Source: Octopus bimaculoides (Eukaryota). Taken from it: DNA of 64,000 bases. The notes under the pieces were generated by a model. The model searched no databases, was not told the DNA's origin, and saw only the letters and a list, made by a program, of their open reading frames with translations. Where the stretch lies: positions 34,185,079 through 34,249,078 of the forward strand of contig NC_068983.1 in assembly GCF_001194135.2 (NCBI RefSeq), written 5' to 3'. Made by a program: the position numbers and the translations under genes. Below, one piece after another: positions 52,380 to 64,000 of the stretch (the stretch's first letter is position 1; each line of letters starts with the position of its first letter).

Positions 52380-52900
52380 GTTCATTTCGTTATTTTTTTA
52401 ATCTTTGCCTCCTCGTCTTTCTAAATCTAATCATTTGATCAGAAACGCATTTATAAATATCTAATAATAAAATCAGTCATAAAACCCAGAATAAAGAAAC
52501 CCAATATGCCAAAGGTAGCTATAGATATGGCATGTCTTAATGGTATCTGGATATTACACACGGACTATCTTTCTGTCCTTTTCTTGTCGAGAATTTCTCC
52601 AGTTCACCTTGATAAAAGCTGATGAGTAAGCAAGTCAAAAAGAAATGGATGATGTTGCATTCAACCGGATATGATGAAGTGGATTGCAATGACAAAAGTT
52701 AAGCTCTTTATCGATACGGCTGGATTATGAGTATATCTTTATTATGTCTTTCATTTTCAAATAATTCTGGATTCCAACTGTGTCTGAATTAAGATTTTGT
52801 TAGCTTGTGCGGAAAAAAAGCGACAATGTCCCCGCGAAGCTTTGTTGGCATAGAACAAAGATTAAAAGAACGCTACTGTTGTCCGGCTGTTTTTATTAGA
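52380..52900 (-). mobile_element. Possible decayed RLE-type LINE fragment
   Basis: Reverse strand IATFGILG (~52510) and RKTRRQR/RGG-like region (~52410) resemble the element at 56950-58370; weak. Confidence 0.35.
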
Positions 52901-53354
52901 AGCCATGCTGAAAATCAATTAAATAAGAAAATCTATGGCGAGTTAATGATCAAAACACAGACTTAGTTGCTGCAAATTTCCAATTCATTGATCTATTTTC
53001 TTCCTTATTTACCACAGCACTCAGATACTCAGAAAAATCATTTAAAGCCACCTTTCATATTCAATTGGTTAACAGCCCTTTTAAAGTATGCAAATTTCGT
53101 CAGCCTTTCTTTAAATCAATTTATAGAGTTAGATGAGTTTATTCCTTAAATGGCCGATGTTATGTTGAACGAACTCAGTTGGTTTCTTATAAAACAAGTA
53201 CCCGGGTATCACACTGCAGGTAATATGTGTAAAGTAAGCGCCTTAGTGTATTATGGAAGTACCGTAACATGCAAAATAGCTGCAATCAGAAAATAGTTTC
53301 AGATTGCCCGACATTTATACAATCGTATTACCTTTATGTTTTACTTGATTTTGT

Positions 53355-53472
53355 CATGGTCGGATTGAGGCTATAGTAAAAGACACTTTCCCAATGTGCC
53401 ATACAATAGGACTGAACCAGGAACCATGTGGCTGGGAAGCAAACTTTGTACCATGCAGTCACGCTTGCGCCT
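53355..53472 (-). mobile_element. Family B SINE 5' part
   Basis: gaggctatagtaaaagacactttcccaatgtgcc...gactgaaccaggaaccatgtggctgggaagc. Confidence 0.8.
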
Positions 53473-55053
53473 GCGGTATATACACAGTCCATATATACAT
53501 ATACACGATGAGTTTTAGTTACATCAACGACATATACTAGTAAAGGGAAGCTACTCTCATAGGCATGAAAAAAAAATACAAGATAAAAAATATAAACATT
53601 TTAAAAAATTATAAAAAATACACGCTACTACATTCTCACAAAAGATAGAAACCTTCTGCGTTCGTAAAATCTACATGCGTACACACTCACAGACATATGT
53701 AAATATATACATATATATATGTATATATATGATATATATATGTATATATATATACATACACACATATATATATATATATATATNNNNNNNNNNNNNNNNN
53801 NNNNNNNNNNNNNNNNNNNNNNNNNNNNNNNNNNNNNNNNNNNNNNNNNNNNNNNNNNNNNNNNNNNNNNNNNNNNNNNNNNNNNNNNNNNNNNNNNNNN
53901 NNNNNNNNNNNNNNNNNNNNNNNNNNNNNNNNNNNNNNNNNNNNNNNNNNNNNNNNNNNNNNNNNNNNNNNNNNNNNNNNNNNNNNNNNNNNNNNNNNNN
54001 NNNNNNNNNNNNNNNNNNNNNNNNNNNNNNNNNNNNNNNNNNNNNNNNNNNNNNNNNNNNNNNNNNNNNNNNNNNNNNNNNNNNNNNNNNNNNNNNNNNN
54101 TATATATATATATATTTTGTATGTACGTGTGTGCAAGCGTGTGTGCAAGCGTGTGTGCAAGCGTTCGTGTGTATATGTCCGAGCGTTAGTATGCATATGG
54201 ATGAATATGTGAGCGACCATGAAAGTGTACGTATGGGCCGATTCTTCAAGATCAGCTAAGGACAATGGCAGGTGTAACCAATCATGAAGAACAAACGAAC
54301 AGTAGAAAGAAATCGAATGCCAATCCCTTTAAAACGGCAGCCACTTTAACAGTAGTAGAACCAACATCCCACTACAGCTACACATTCGGATCAGTTTGCC
54401 AACTGGCCTTCAGCAACAACACCCTGAAAGAGTCAGTGGCTACTATAGACTTCATGCCACGACAGACAGAGAGGATGCTCTTGAAGCCGAGAATTTGAAA
54501 TTACGGAGAGTGTATTTACTTATCGCATGAGGAAACACAAATAGATCTCATAATACAGGGAAACGGTTGCATAATCAAGTACCTGCAAGCATGGAGAGCT
54601 AATTTGTGTTGAAACAATTGTAGTGATTGAAAATGAATGTCCAACCGTACGCTTTTCTGTTGACTCCAATGTTTACAAGTATCAATCACACATGACAGAA
54701 GCCCAACTATAAACCTGGAAGTAAGTATAATACTACTACTGGATAGCAAAGGGTGAAATCGGAAGGAGAACGAGCTTTATACTGTACTTTACTAGATTCT
54801 TAATAGAATATACCATAACTATATATATATATATATATNNNNNNNNNNNNNNNNNNNNNNNNNNNNNNNNNNNNNNNNNNNNNNNNNNNNNNNNNNNNNN
54901 NNNNNNNNNNNNNNNNNNNNNNNNNNNNNNNNNNNNNNNNNNNNNNNNNNNNNNNNNNNNNNNNNNNNNNNNNNNNNNNNNNNNNNNNNNNNNNNNNNNN
55001 NNNNNNNNNNNNNNNNNNNNNNNNNNNNNNNNNNNNNNNNNNNNNNNNNNNNN

Positions 55054-55069
55054 GACGCTCTTCCGATCT
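55054..55069 (+). other. Illumina TruSeq adapter remnant GACGCTCTTCCGATCT at a gap edge
   Basis: Exact 16-nt match to the 3' end of ACACTCTTTCCCTACACGACGCTCTTCCGATCT, immediately after N-gap 54839-55053. Confidence 0.93.
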
Positions 55070-55524
55070 ATATATATATTAAAAACAAGATCGTTTCATC
55101 ATCTGAAATATATTAATGTTATACATATAAATATTCTGTAATGTAAACCACCTCATCTATAATAATTAACTACCCAAAGATTTAACAGGCAACCCTGTAG
55201 GTTCAATAATTAGAACCTCGTAAATTAACTGACTCACCAGTTTATAAGACAATACTGGAATCAATAAATCACAATAGATTTATGAATCACCTTCCACTAC
55301 TACTAAATAAGTGCTGTTCATAATAATTGAAGCTTGGCAACCATTATCAAACTTCTTTCATTTCTCTTCCTGCACCAATCATCATTATTTATACTTAGCT
55401 CATGATTGAGGTGACATTGAAAATTGAATACTAAGCTATACATACATACATGTAAGTGGCTGCGTGTGATATATACATATATGAATGTATATTTATGTGT
55501 ATACATATTTGTATCATAATTTGG

Positions 55525-55775
55525 TGGGGAGTGGCTTAGGGTTGAGGGTGCTGTACTTATGATCTAAAGTTCGTGTTCCAATTCTTGTACCAGGAGGTGA
55601 GTTGTGGTCTTGAGCAAAACTCTTTATTTCACGTTGCTTCAGTCCACTCAGATGGCAAAAATGAGTAATTCTGCGACAGACAGACTTTCCGTCCAGCAGC
55701 TGGGCAATATGTACGTTATTGAAACAAGAAAACTAGTCTTATGCGCCTACGGCTCAGGATGGAGCTTCGATCTGT
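55525..55775 (+). mobile_element. Family C SINE (Meta-domain-like)
   Basis: gtcttgagcaaaactctttatttcacgttgcttcagtccactcagatggcaaaaatgagt. Confidence 0.75.
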
Positions 55776-56134
55776 TTGTGTATATATAAATATGCATATG
55801 ATGTGCATGTATTTAATATTGCATATATTAATGAACAGATGTTTATGAAACAGATGCGGGTGAAGACGACAAAAGCACTTAACATTGTGGATAATATATA
55901 TAGAGAGAAATATATGCGTGTGAATTTATAAAGTAAATCTATTAATCTATTGTGTTCCTCAGTGTTTCCAAATATTCTGCTGTGAATAGAATACCGTCGG
56001 CTTAAATGCTCGATGACCCTAAGAAATGTGAGGTTAAGCACAGGCAGAATGTTCTATTCACTTCGGTTCAAAGTATGGAAGCAATTTGAGGATATTGATT
56101 GAGTTAAATCAAAACAATACTGTTAAATACTTAC

Positions 56135-56159
56135 CTTCTGTTAACGCTTCTTGTAAGAT
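56135..56159 (-). CDS. Candidate coding micro-exon (25 nt, phase 0 to 1): ILQEALTE
   Basis: Near-consensus acceptor cttatttactttcgatttcag and donor AAG|gtaagt. Confidence 0.62.
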
Positions 56160-56949
56160 CTGAAATCGAAAGTAAATAAGTGGATGCTACAAGATAGCAT
56201 GATTAGGTTTTGTTAAAGATACTCTAAGTTTGAATATACTCGTATAAATAAGGTGTAGGCAAACACAAGTTAATCTAACTTCATTGTTTCTCGAGATAAT
56301 TTTTTACTATATCAAACTGGGCATCTATATCCAACTTCTTATTTATATTTATGAAACACCTAGAGGTGTGTATATTATTATCAACGCATTGATTGAGTTT
56401 GTATGTTTGTCCGAATGTTCATAGTAGCTAATATGATCTCGTGTGGGTTGGTTTTTAACCAACCATTTACGTTTAGATCATTATTGTCCTAGAAAGTTAT
56501 TTTCCTTGAAGGTGATAAACAATTTACATTTTAGCATGATCTGAAGTTCGTTATCATTATAACCTTTTCTAGTGTATCATTATAACCTTTTCGCTTCTCT
56601 GGAAATATGAAAATAAATTCATGGGCCGATTTTCATAACTTTGTGTTGTCATAATTGAGCAGTATGAATTTGCACTCTCTAACCTACCTCGTAAATATTT
56701 TGGATTTATCAGGGGTGCTTTTTTGGTTTTTGTGTAGCTCTTATAGTAGGCTCTAGTCTTTTAGTTTCTTTTCTTTTGTGGTAAGACTTTTAGAACTTAT
56801 GGAATTTAAATTTTGGCAGTATGCCATGGATGTCTCATTAAAATCTTTCACAAATTTAATAGTTGTTGCGCAATTAACTGTACTTATGTCATAGAGCTAG
56901 TATTATTTATGACGGAAGCAGCAATGTTACAGATAAGTACTTTTTTATC

Positions 56950-58370
56950 TCATATACCTAGCTAGAAAATCTAGTCATGTGTCGTCTTTGGTGCAATATT
57001 CTTATGACAGCATTGACAAATTATTTTGTCGCTCAATCTGGATTAATCCATGGCTAATATATATTTTAAAATCAAAAGTCTTTTATATTTGGCGGCTCTA
57101 GGAAATTCTAATTTGTAAGTTTCCTGATCGGGTTTTTGCTTTCAATGCGGCGAGCTAGCAGAAACGTTAGCACGTCGGGCGAAATGCTTAGCGGTATTTC
57201 GTCTGTCTTTACGTTCTGAGTTCAAAATTCTGCCGAGGTCGACTTCGCTTTTCATCCTTTCGAGTCAATAAATTAGGTACCAGTTGCGTACTGAGTCGAT
57301 CTAAACGACTGGGCCCCCTCCCCCAAAATTTCGGGCCTTGTGCCTATAGTAGAAAAGAATATATTTTGCTTTCTAGACAGTGATATTCAAATCAATAGAA
57401 CATCTATGAGAGTACATATTTCTTTCTTGTCTGTCCCAAATAACAACATCCGGCTCGTTATGTTTACGTTTGACAGATGTTTTTATGGGAATATCCCACC
57501 CTGTTTTGATGTTTGTGTTATATTCAATAACTGAGCGATTCACTATATTTATTCTGGGACAGTCTTTTCTATCGAAAGGGTTTGTACATTGTTTTTGAGA
57601 TAACATCTTGTCGCACAGGGAAGCAGTAACTTCATGGCATTATTAGGCAGCTGCTAATCCCATGTGTGTTATCTTCCACAGAAGTACAACATAATCTACA
57701 TTTTCAGTTGCATCTTATACACCTAAAGGTTTCGCTCTTTCTTTTCTTTATTAAATATTTCGCAGCAATCTAATGTTTTTGTATTGCAAATGAATAGACT
57801 TCTAAATATGATGTGATTTAGTTGTCATGAATCTCTGAGAAACTTAGTTTCATGTCAACATTACTCTCCTTTTCAAATCATTGGGAAATATAACCATGTA
57901 TGGTCCCTTTTTTGTAAGTATGTATGTGTATAACCTATAATCACATCGATTTTTTCAGAGTTTTTTTAATACCCTCTTTAAATATTATATCAGTTTTAGG
58001 ATACCTGTCGATTGGTGACGTTGAACACAGATAGGGAAATTCTGTATTTTTCCTAGGGCCACTAGAAGTATTTTGTATATTATTCATTTAGTGAAAATCA
58101 AAAAAATATTCTCAAGTTATTATAACACACATATAAATTAACAAAGATTTATACGTTATAAATATTAGGGTTTGTTAAAATCTAAAAATTGGAAGTATTA
58201 CTGGAATACTATATTTAAAACTTTAGTTCGAATGGAAACATTATACAAAGTTCCATGTTGACGATATAACATGAACTATGCTTCAAGTTTTATAGATGTA
58301 ATGTAAGAAAATGCGTGTCTATCAATACCTGCAACATACTCGCGTTAAATCAATATTCAAGTCAGCCGTG
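56950..58370 (-). mobile_element. Decayed RLE-type non-LTR retrotransposon 3' half (second family), interrupted by a SINE
   Basis: Reverse strand YSIPVILPIF (cf. FAVPVLIPTF), SYLEVYSFAIQKH*IAAKYL (cf. AIQEQEI), KCRLCCTSVEDNTHGISSC (CCHC), WDIPIKTSVKRKHNEPDVVIWD (RLE), IRNLQI-like. Confidence 0.85.
57144..57363 (+). mobile_element. Well-preserved family A SINE with 10-bp TSD
   Basis: TTTTGCTTTC at 57134-57143 and 57364-57373. Confidence 0.93.
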
Positions 58371-59876
58371 TCCAACTCACTAAAGGGAAATCTAGGAAAC
58401 CTGATTTTTCGAAAGTATGAGACTACTATTTAAGTATTTTTCAACTCTTTTTTGTTCCTTGCGAAACCGTGTCCATAGCCTTCACAGACTCTCAGTAAGA
58501 GATATGATTGATGCAATTAATATTCCTCTTCAATATATTAAGTCAACATGTGTGATAAAAACATGAGGAGGAATGGTATCTCAGTTGACTAACGTTCTAA
58601 GAAAAAAACGAATAGGCGTAGTTACTAAAGTGGAACCTTGGGCTTTAGAGAAAACAAATGTAATATGAGGAGTTATGAAGAATTGGTTGGAAATACTTGT
58701 GTAGATGTGACATGAGACCAAGCATTTGCGAGAAGTAAAGGCAATAACAGTATTATCTGGAAAGGGAAAAAGTGAGAATGTCTGTGCTTGTAGTAGTAGC
58801 AGCATCTAAAGTGTGTGAGTAATATTATATTGAATGAATCATCTAAGAATTGTAGAATATCGATAATATTTTTGTCGAGAATCATGAAAATGTTGCCTGT
58901 ATTTAGAACGCGGTTCTAGCTAAATCATGTAAATTCACCCGAAAAGGTTCTCGTTGATAATAGGGCTCAACAATTGAAGCGAATTTACGGCTATAATTAG
59001 TACTGCTCATGAATAAGACTTTTTATGCGTAGTGATGGGACTGTTACCTATGTTTGAGTGGAGATTGTTGGACATGGCTGCAAGTAACCTCCTTATGAAA
59101 AGAAAGAAGAAATTCGAGGGTAAAACGGAACCCTGGAGCACAGCGGAGTCGTAGAATGAAAGAGAGAATAAGACAGAATAAGTTACTTGAACACGCGCAG
59201 AGAAAGTGCGATCATAATAGAGGTAATGTTTAAAGAAAAGGGTTATTAATAGACTCCATAGATTCTATTGCTAGACACAGTCGAACAATTGCCCGATGCC
59301 AAGAGCGATAAAATCATTATCGTGAAATTTCTGCATCGCATGAATGCATTGATGGGAGAGATAAGAATGCAGGTCAACAATGGGGTCTTCTTTGCAGACA
59401 CCGTACTGGTGGTCATTAAAGGGTGAGAGAGATGTGTGTGTGTGGAGAGGGAGAATAATGATAAAAGGGTTGAAGGATGTTGTTGTTAATAGATATCTCC
59501 ATTAACTTGGAGATAACTGAATTGAGTGCGTTAATGAGGAAGCCGACTAGGTCAAAGATGTTGCGTTTCTCTGCTGTTAGACTCGTTTCTGTGATGGTCA
59601 CACGATTTTCTGAATTCATATCTTATACTACGTACGTATCTATACATATGTGCGTGTGTGAGTGTGTGTGTGTGAATGTGTGTGCGAGTGTGTGTGTGTG
59701 TGTGTTTGTATACGCGCGTGCGTATGTATGTATGCATATATGTATATTAATATACGTATGTAGTAAAAGATATGGATGCAGAAAATCATGTGGCTATCAG
59801 ACAAAGCTCCTCAAACGAACACGCGGCTAATAAATCAAGTCCACATAGTAACCCAATACAAAAACATGTAACATAC

Positions 59877-59905
59877 TGTGTTTAAGCAGCTCAAATCCAA
59901 AAGAT
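59877..59905 (-). CDS. Candidate coding micro-exon (29 nt, phase 1 to 0): (D)LLDLSCLNT
   Basis: Acceptor aatttaatcaatcag (moderate), donor ACA|gtatgt; joins in frame to 56135-56159. Confidence 0.52.
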
Positions 59906-60423
59906 CTGATTGATTAAATTATTTAATGAGGAGTATATGAATGGTAATGGTCAGGAGATATGAGAAGTGAATATATTTATTTATGCACTTTATATCCTTA
60001 AGATGTCCTACTTGACAACCTTTAGAGGACAGCCGCTTTACAACCTTCATCATGTGGTGAGAATTTCTTCTGCACTGAAATTATTGCTACATGAAGAAGG
60101 ATGCAAAACGGCCGTAATCCTAAGGATATCAAGTGGTTAACTAAATATATTCACCTCTCATATCTTCTGATTTCATAGTTTATGGGCATGCGTGGGTGTG
60201 TGCGTGCGCGCCCGCGTTTGTGTGTGAGTGACAAAGATAGAGAGACAGAGAGACAGACAGACAAAGACAGAGAGAGAGAAAAAGTGAAAGCGATGCCATT
60301 AATAATTTTTATTCGTATATATTTGGGCTTTTGCAAAGATAACAGACTAGTTGTCACGTATAAACACAGAAACGATTTAGAAACCCATCAATATTCAGCT
60401 ATATACTTATAATATTCGAATAC

Positions 60424-60467
60424 CTTATCAATAATATACACAGGAAGATTTGTGTATAGTCCTTAGG
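60424..60467 (-). CDS. Tentative upstream exon: 44 nt (PKDYTQIFLCILLI) or 38 nt via the next AG (GLYTNLPVYIIDK)
   Basis: Acceptor cccttctttgatgtctcttag, donor AAG|gtattc. Its phase link to the main chain needs a weaker exon (60045-60069) or an alternative frame. Confidence 0.28.
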
Positions 60468-61414
60468 CTAAGAGACATCAAAGAAGGGATACACAATAAA
60501 GTTGCCCTAAAACTGAGCATAGTTGATTTAACAATATTTTATATACAGAACTTCTGCAACTTCGTCGAAATATCAATTGATTTATTCCATCTCAACTCAA
60601 CTCAACCAGAGCAAAATCCTTAATTCAACCAGAGAAAAAATCCTTCCTGACCTCTGAATTTCATAAGGAAATATCTTCTAGAATACATCGGTATAAAAAT
60701 TATACATTACTGTGAAGGAAGAAATTCGATTGTTGATGCCACTAAATATGTTGTGCAATGTAGGTGTCAGTTGAAGTTAGCAAATCTCAGTCTTTGTATC
60801 ATTTTAAAATTCTCAACTTGAATGAAAGAGAGAAGTTTAATAACTGCTCTCCATTTATAATTCTTTATTCAGAACCATTAACAAGCGGAATACAACTGTA
60901 TTATCTATGCCTTGTCAATGAAGGAAAATACTTAAGCCTTATAAAAATGACATTAATACAAATTAGTTCTACATAGTGGACAGAAATGTGAACATAGAAT
61001 AATATCCCTATGTTAACAAGTACTTAAATTATGAATATGATACTTTTAGAAAATCCATATAGACGGATTTGCTTGTTTTATGAAGTTGAGAATAAATGCT
61101 TCCAGTTATTATCAGAGACGAATAAAGAACATTAGATACTTATACGCAGATAAGCTGAGTCAGACACATACGCATACATTCACACATGTTCAGTTTGGCA
61201 CCTTATCGTTAAAGGTGCGAAACTTAGCAACACCATTAGTCGATAAATGATGAAGAATTATGGACTTTCTGTTTATATCCCGTTCGTATTTACATTCAGT
61301 ATACGTTACGTCGTTTGTTTATACATTTTCATTTCTATATATCACTGTAATGTTTTCAATAATTGCTCATAAGTAAAATTATTTGTATAAAACACACACA
61401 CACACACACACACA

Positions 61415-61660
61415 CGCATGCTGGATGGGTTGTATGGTAAGAAGCTTGCTTCCCAACAACATGATTTTTTTTGTCTGTGTTTGTACTCCCACTATCGCTT
61501 GACAACCGATGTTGGTGTGTTTACGCCCTCGTAACTTAGTGGCCCGGCAAAAGAAACCGATCAAATAAGTACTAGACTTACAAAGAATAAGTCCTAGGGT
61601 CAATTTGCTCGACTAAAGGCGGTGCTCCAGAATGGCTGAATATAAATGACTGAAACAAGT
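61415..61660 (+). mobile_element. Family B SINE with internal deletion
   Basis: Head ggtaagaagcttgcttcccaac joined directly to atcgcttgacaaccgatg...ggcggtgctccag...gactgaaacaagt. Confidence 0.88.
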
Positions 61661-61689
61661 TGCTCCTAGTGGCATCTCTCCACTCTTAC

Positions 61690-62600
61690 ATCCATGACAC
61701 CAACCACACCCCTCCCTCATTACTCAACCCCTACATATTCCAAACCCACCATCCCTATACATCCCATCCCACCCCCTCCGCATCCCTTAGGCCCCATCCT
61801 TGCTTCCCCACTCTCGTCTCNNNNNNNNNNNNNNNNNNNNNNNNNNNNNNNNNNNNNNNNNNNNNNNNNNNNNNNNNNNNNNNNNNNNNNNNNNNNNNNN
61901 NNNNNNNNNNNNNNNNNNNNNNNNNNNNNNNNNNNNNNNNNNNNNNNNNNNNNNNNNNNNNNNNNNNNNNNNNNNNNNNNNNNNNNNNNNNNNNNNNNNN
62001 NNNNNNNNNNNNNNNNNNNNNNNNNNNNNNNNNNNNNNNNNNNNNNNNNNNNNNNNNNNNNNNNNNNNNNNNNNNNNNNNNNNNNNNNNNNNNNNNNNNN
62101 NNNNNNNNNNNNNNNNNNNNNNNNNNTCAACACCACCACAACTCAACACCACCACACCTCAACACCACCACACCACCTCGCACTACCACACCACACACCA
62201 CCATACCACCTCAAACCACATCACACCAACTCTCACACACTAGCACTGACCACATCCCAGCACCTACACCAAGGCACAGACTAGCACTGACCACTTCTCA
62301 GCACTTAAACATCCTCTACACACCTACACATGTACACTCGCACACGTCAAGGTCACAAACCCCCTTCCTCACGCATATACACGTTCTCACATACCCACGC
62401 ACGCGTACCTTCGCTTTGGGATCACCACTACTATATTATCTCCCCTTCCTGTGTCCGGCATTCACCATGATAGATCGCTATCCACTAAACCGTTTTCTAT
62501 TTTCTCTCTCTCTTTATTTCTGTGCCCCTTCCGAGAGTTAAACTAATAAATCGGTTTGTTGTTTACACACCTGCCTTCGTCTTTTGTCTTTTGTAAATTC

Positions 62601-62610
<10 letters not shown>
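61690..62610 (+). repeat. C/A-rich degenerate minisatellite (ctcaacaccaccaca-type units) leading into a Penelope-type terminal repeat copy (62470-62610)
   Basis: G-poor plus strand; the 3' part gagagttaaactaataaatcggtttgttgtttacacacctgccttcgtc aligns with 35450-35500. Confidence 0.6.
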
Positions 62611-62631
<21 letters not shown>

Positions 62632-62870
62632 NNNNNNNNNNNNNNNNNNNNNNNNNNNNNNNNNNNNNNNNNNNNNNNNNNNNNNNNNNNNNNNNNNNNN
62701 NNNNNNNNNNNNNNNNNNNNNNNNNNNNNNNNNNNNNNNNNNNNNNNNNNNNNNNNNNNNNNNNNNNNNNNNNNNNNNNNNNNNNNNNNNNNNNNNNNNN
62801 NNNNNNNNNNNNNNNNNNNNNNNNNNNNNNNNNNNNNNNNNNNNNNNNNNNNNNNNNNNNNNNNNNTATA

Positions 62871-64000
62871 TAGGTCTTTTTCCAGTTGCATCAATAAAAG
62901 TTTGAAGGGGACGGGATAAACTACCAGCATCAACTTCCTATAAAAGTAGATAGTAATATTGCTTTGTACTTATTCTTAGTGCATGTTTTGATAAGTGCAG
63001 TTCGATTTTAACAGTTATGTTTTCCAAGCTATAATGGAAGTGACAAAGGAGTATATTCGGCATATTTTTGTTTTATGAGTTCAATAAAGGCAAAAACCCA
63101 ACGGAAAGTGCGAGGAATATTAATGCAGTATACGGGAATCGGACAATAAGTGTAAGCCTGTGTTAACGGTGATTCCAGAAATTCCGAACCGGAAACTACA
63201 GCCTAGAAGCCGAGCCACGTCCTAGAAGATTTACACAGCTCTACGAGGAACATCCTGCACACCCTGCTGTAACAAAATTCTATCGTAACTGCTGAGGAAC
63301 TAGCAGAGAATCTTGAATTTGGTTATTCAAACATTCAACGAACCCTGCGTGCCATCGAAAAAGTCAGCAAATTTTTATCGATGGGTTCTTCACAAAACTT
63401 CCGAGACGAATCACGCGCAGAAATTGAATGTGTGCTTTTCTTTGCTGTCACATCCCACGAATGAACCTTTTGTGATCAACGAGTGACTCTGGACGAGAAA
63501 TGGGTTCTGGATAAAAATGTCAAACGCCAATGACAGTGGATAGGGAAAAGAGAAACACAGACAACCCACGCTAAAAAAAGATTTACACCTACGTAAGGAA
63601 AATGACCATGTTTGGTTTCAAGACGAAATGTGTTCTTCCATCAGGATAATGCTCGGCCACATACAGTGAGGATGACATTTGAAAAGGCTGGAGCAGTTTG
63701 AATGGGAAACTATACCCCACCCATATATTCACCGGGCATTGCACCATCTGATAATCATTTATTCCGAAGTTTTCAAAATCATTTGCACAGAAAAAATATG
63801 AATTCTGTAGACGAGGTCAGAACAGCACTGGAAGAGTATTTTTTGTCATGGGCAAGTGAATTTTGGAAGAAGGGCCTTGCAAGTCTACTAGATAGATGAA
63901 AGATCATTGCAGAAAATGAATGGGAGTATATTTTAGATTAAAAAAGAACTTTGTTTATATTATTTTTTAAAAAAATAAAAGAAATATAAAAACCGCATTA
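62871..64000 (+). mobile_element. Decayed mariner (DD34D) transposon, right TIR cut by the window edge
   Basis: MEVTKEYIRHI(fs)YEFNKGKN, FQKFRTGNYSLE, TLDEKW, HQDNARPH, YSPGIAPSDNHLFRSFQNHL, EYILD*; internal deletions. Confidence 0.92.

Noticed and set aside
54265-54750. GC-balanced stretch with short ORFs, possibly a GIY-YIG or other TE relic
   Set aside because: No motif could be matched convincingly on either strand.
58580-59420. Possible BEL/Pao LTR relic (LVVVAASKV, FVENH, YWWSLKG-like words)
   Set aside because: Similarities are too short and degenerate, and no LTR or PBS is visible.

Overview
AT-rich, repeat-dense eukaryotic DNA from a gapped short-read assembly with 14 N-gaps, most flanked by microsatellites. 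The repeat complement (several tRNA-headed SINE families, mariner/maT/Tc1 relics, R4/Dong-like and RTE LINE relics, Penelope-derived repeats) resembles what I know of Octopus genomes. That attribution is inference, not a database result. No long ORF in the supplied track is a credible gene: they are gap read-through, microsatellite translations or TE relics. By reading splice signals by hand I found eight minus-strand exons (29, 25, 31, 123, 45, 8, 183 and 95 nt; 59905 to 2834) with GT-AG boundaries. Their phases chain into one open 179-aa C-terminal reading frame, so most of the window is probably intron of one micro-exon-rich gene whose family I do not recognise. Other notable items: a nested-palindrome hairpin, an old inverted duplication inside a DD37D transposon, nested and inverted SINE stacks, a hAT MITE with a perfect 8-bp TSD, hammerhead-like motifs in Penelope-type repeats, and an Illumina adapter remnant. 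No rRNA, true tRNA gene or CRISPR array is supported. All alignments and translations were done by eye; boundaries of decayed elements are approximate.
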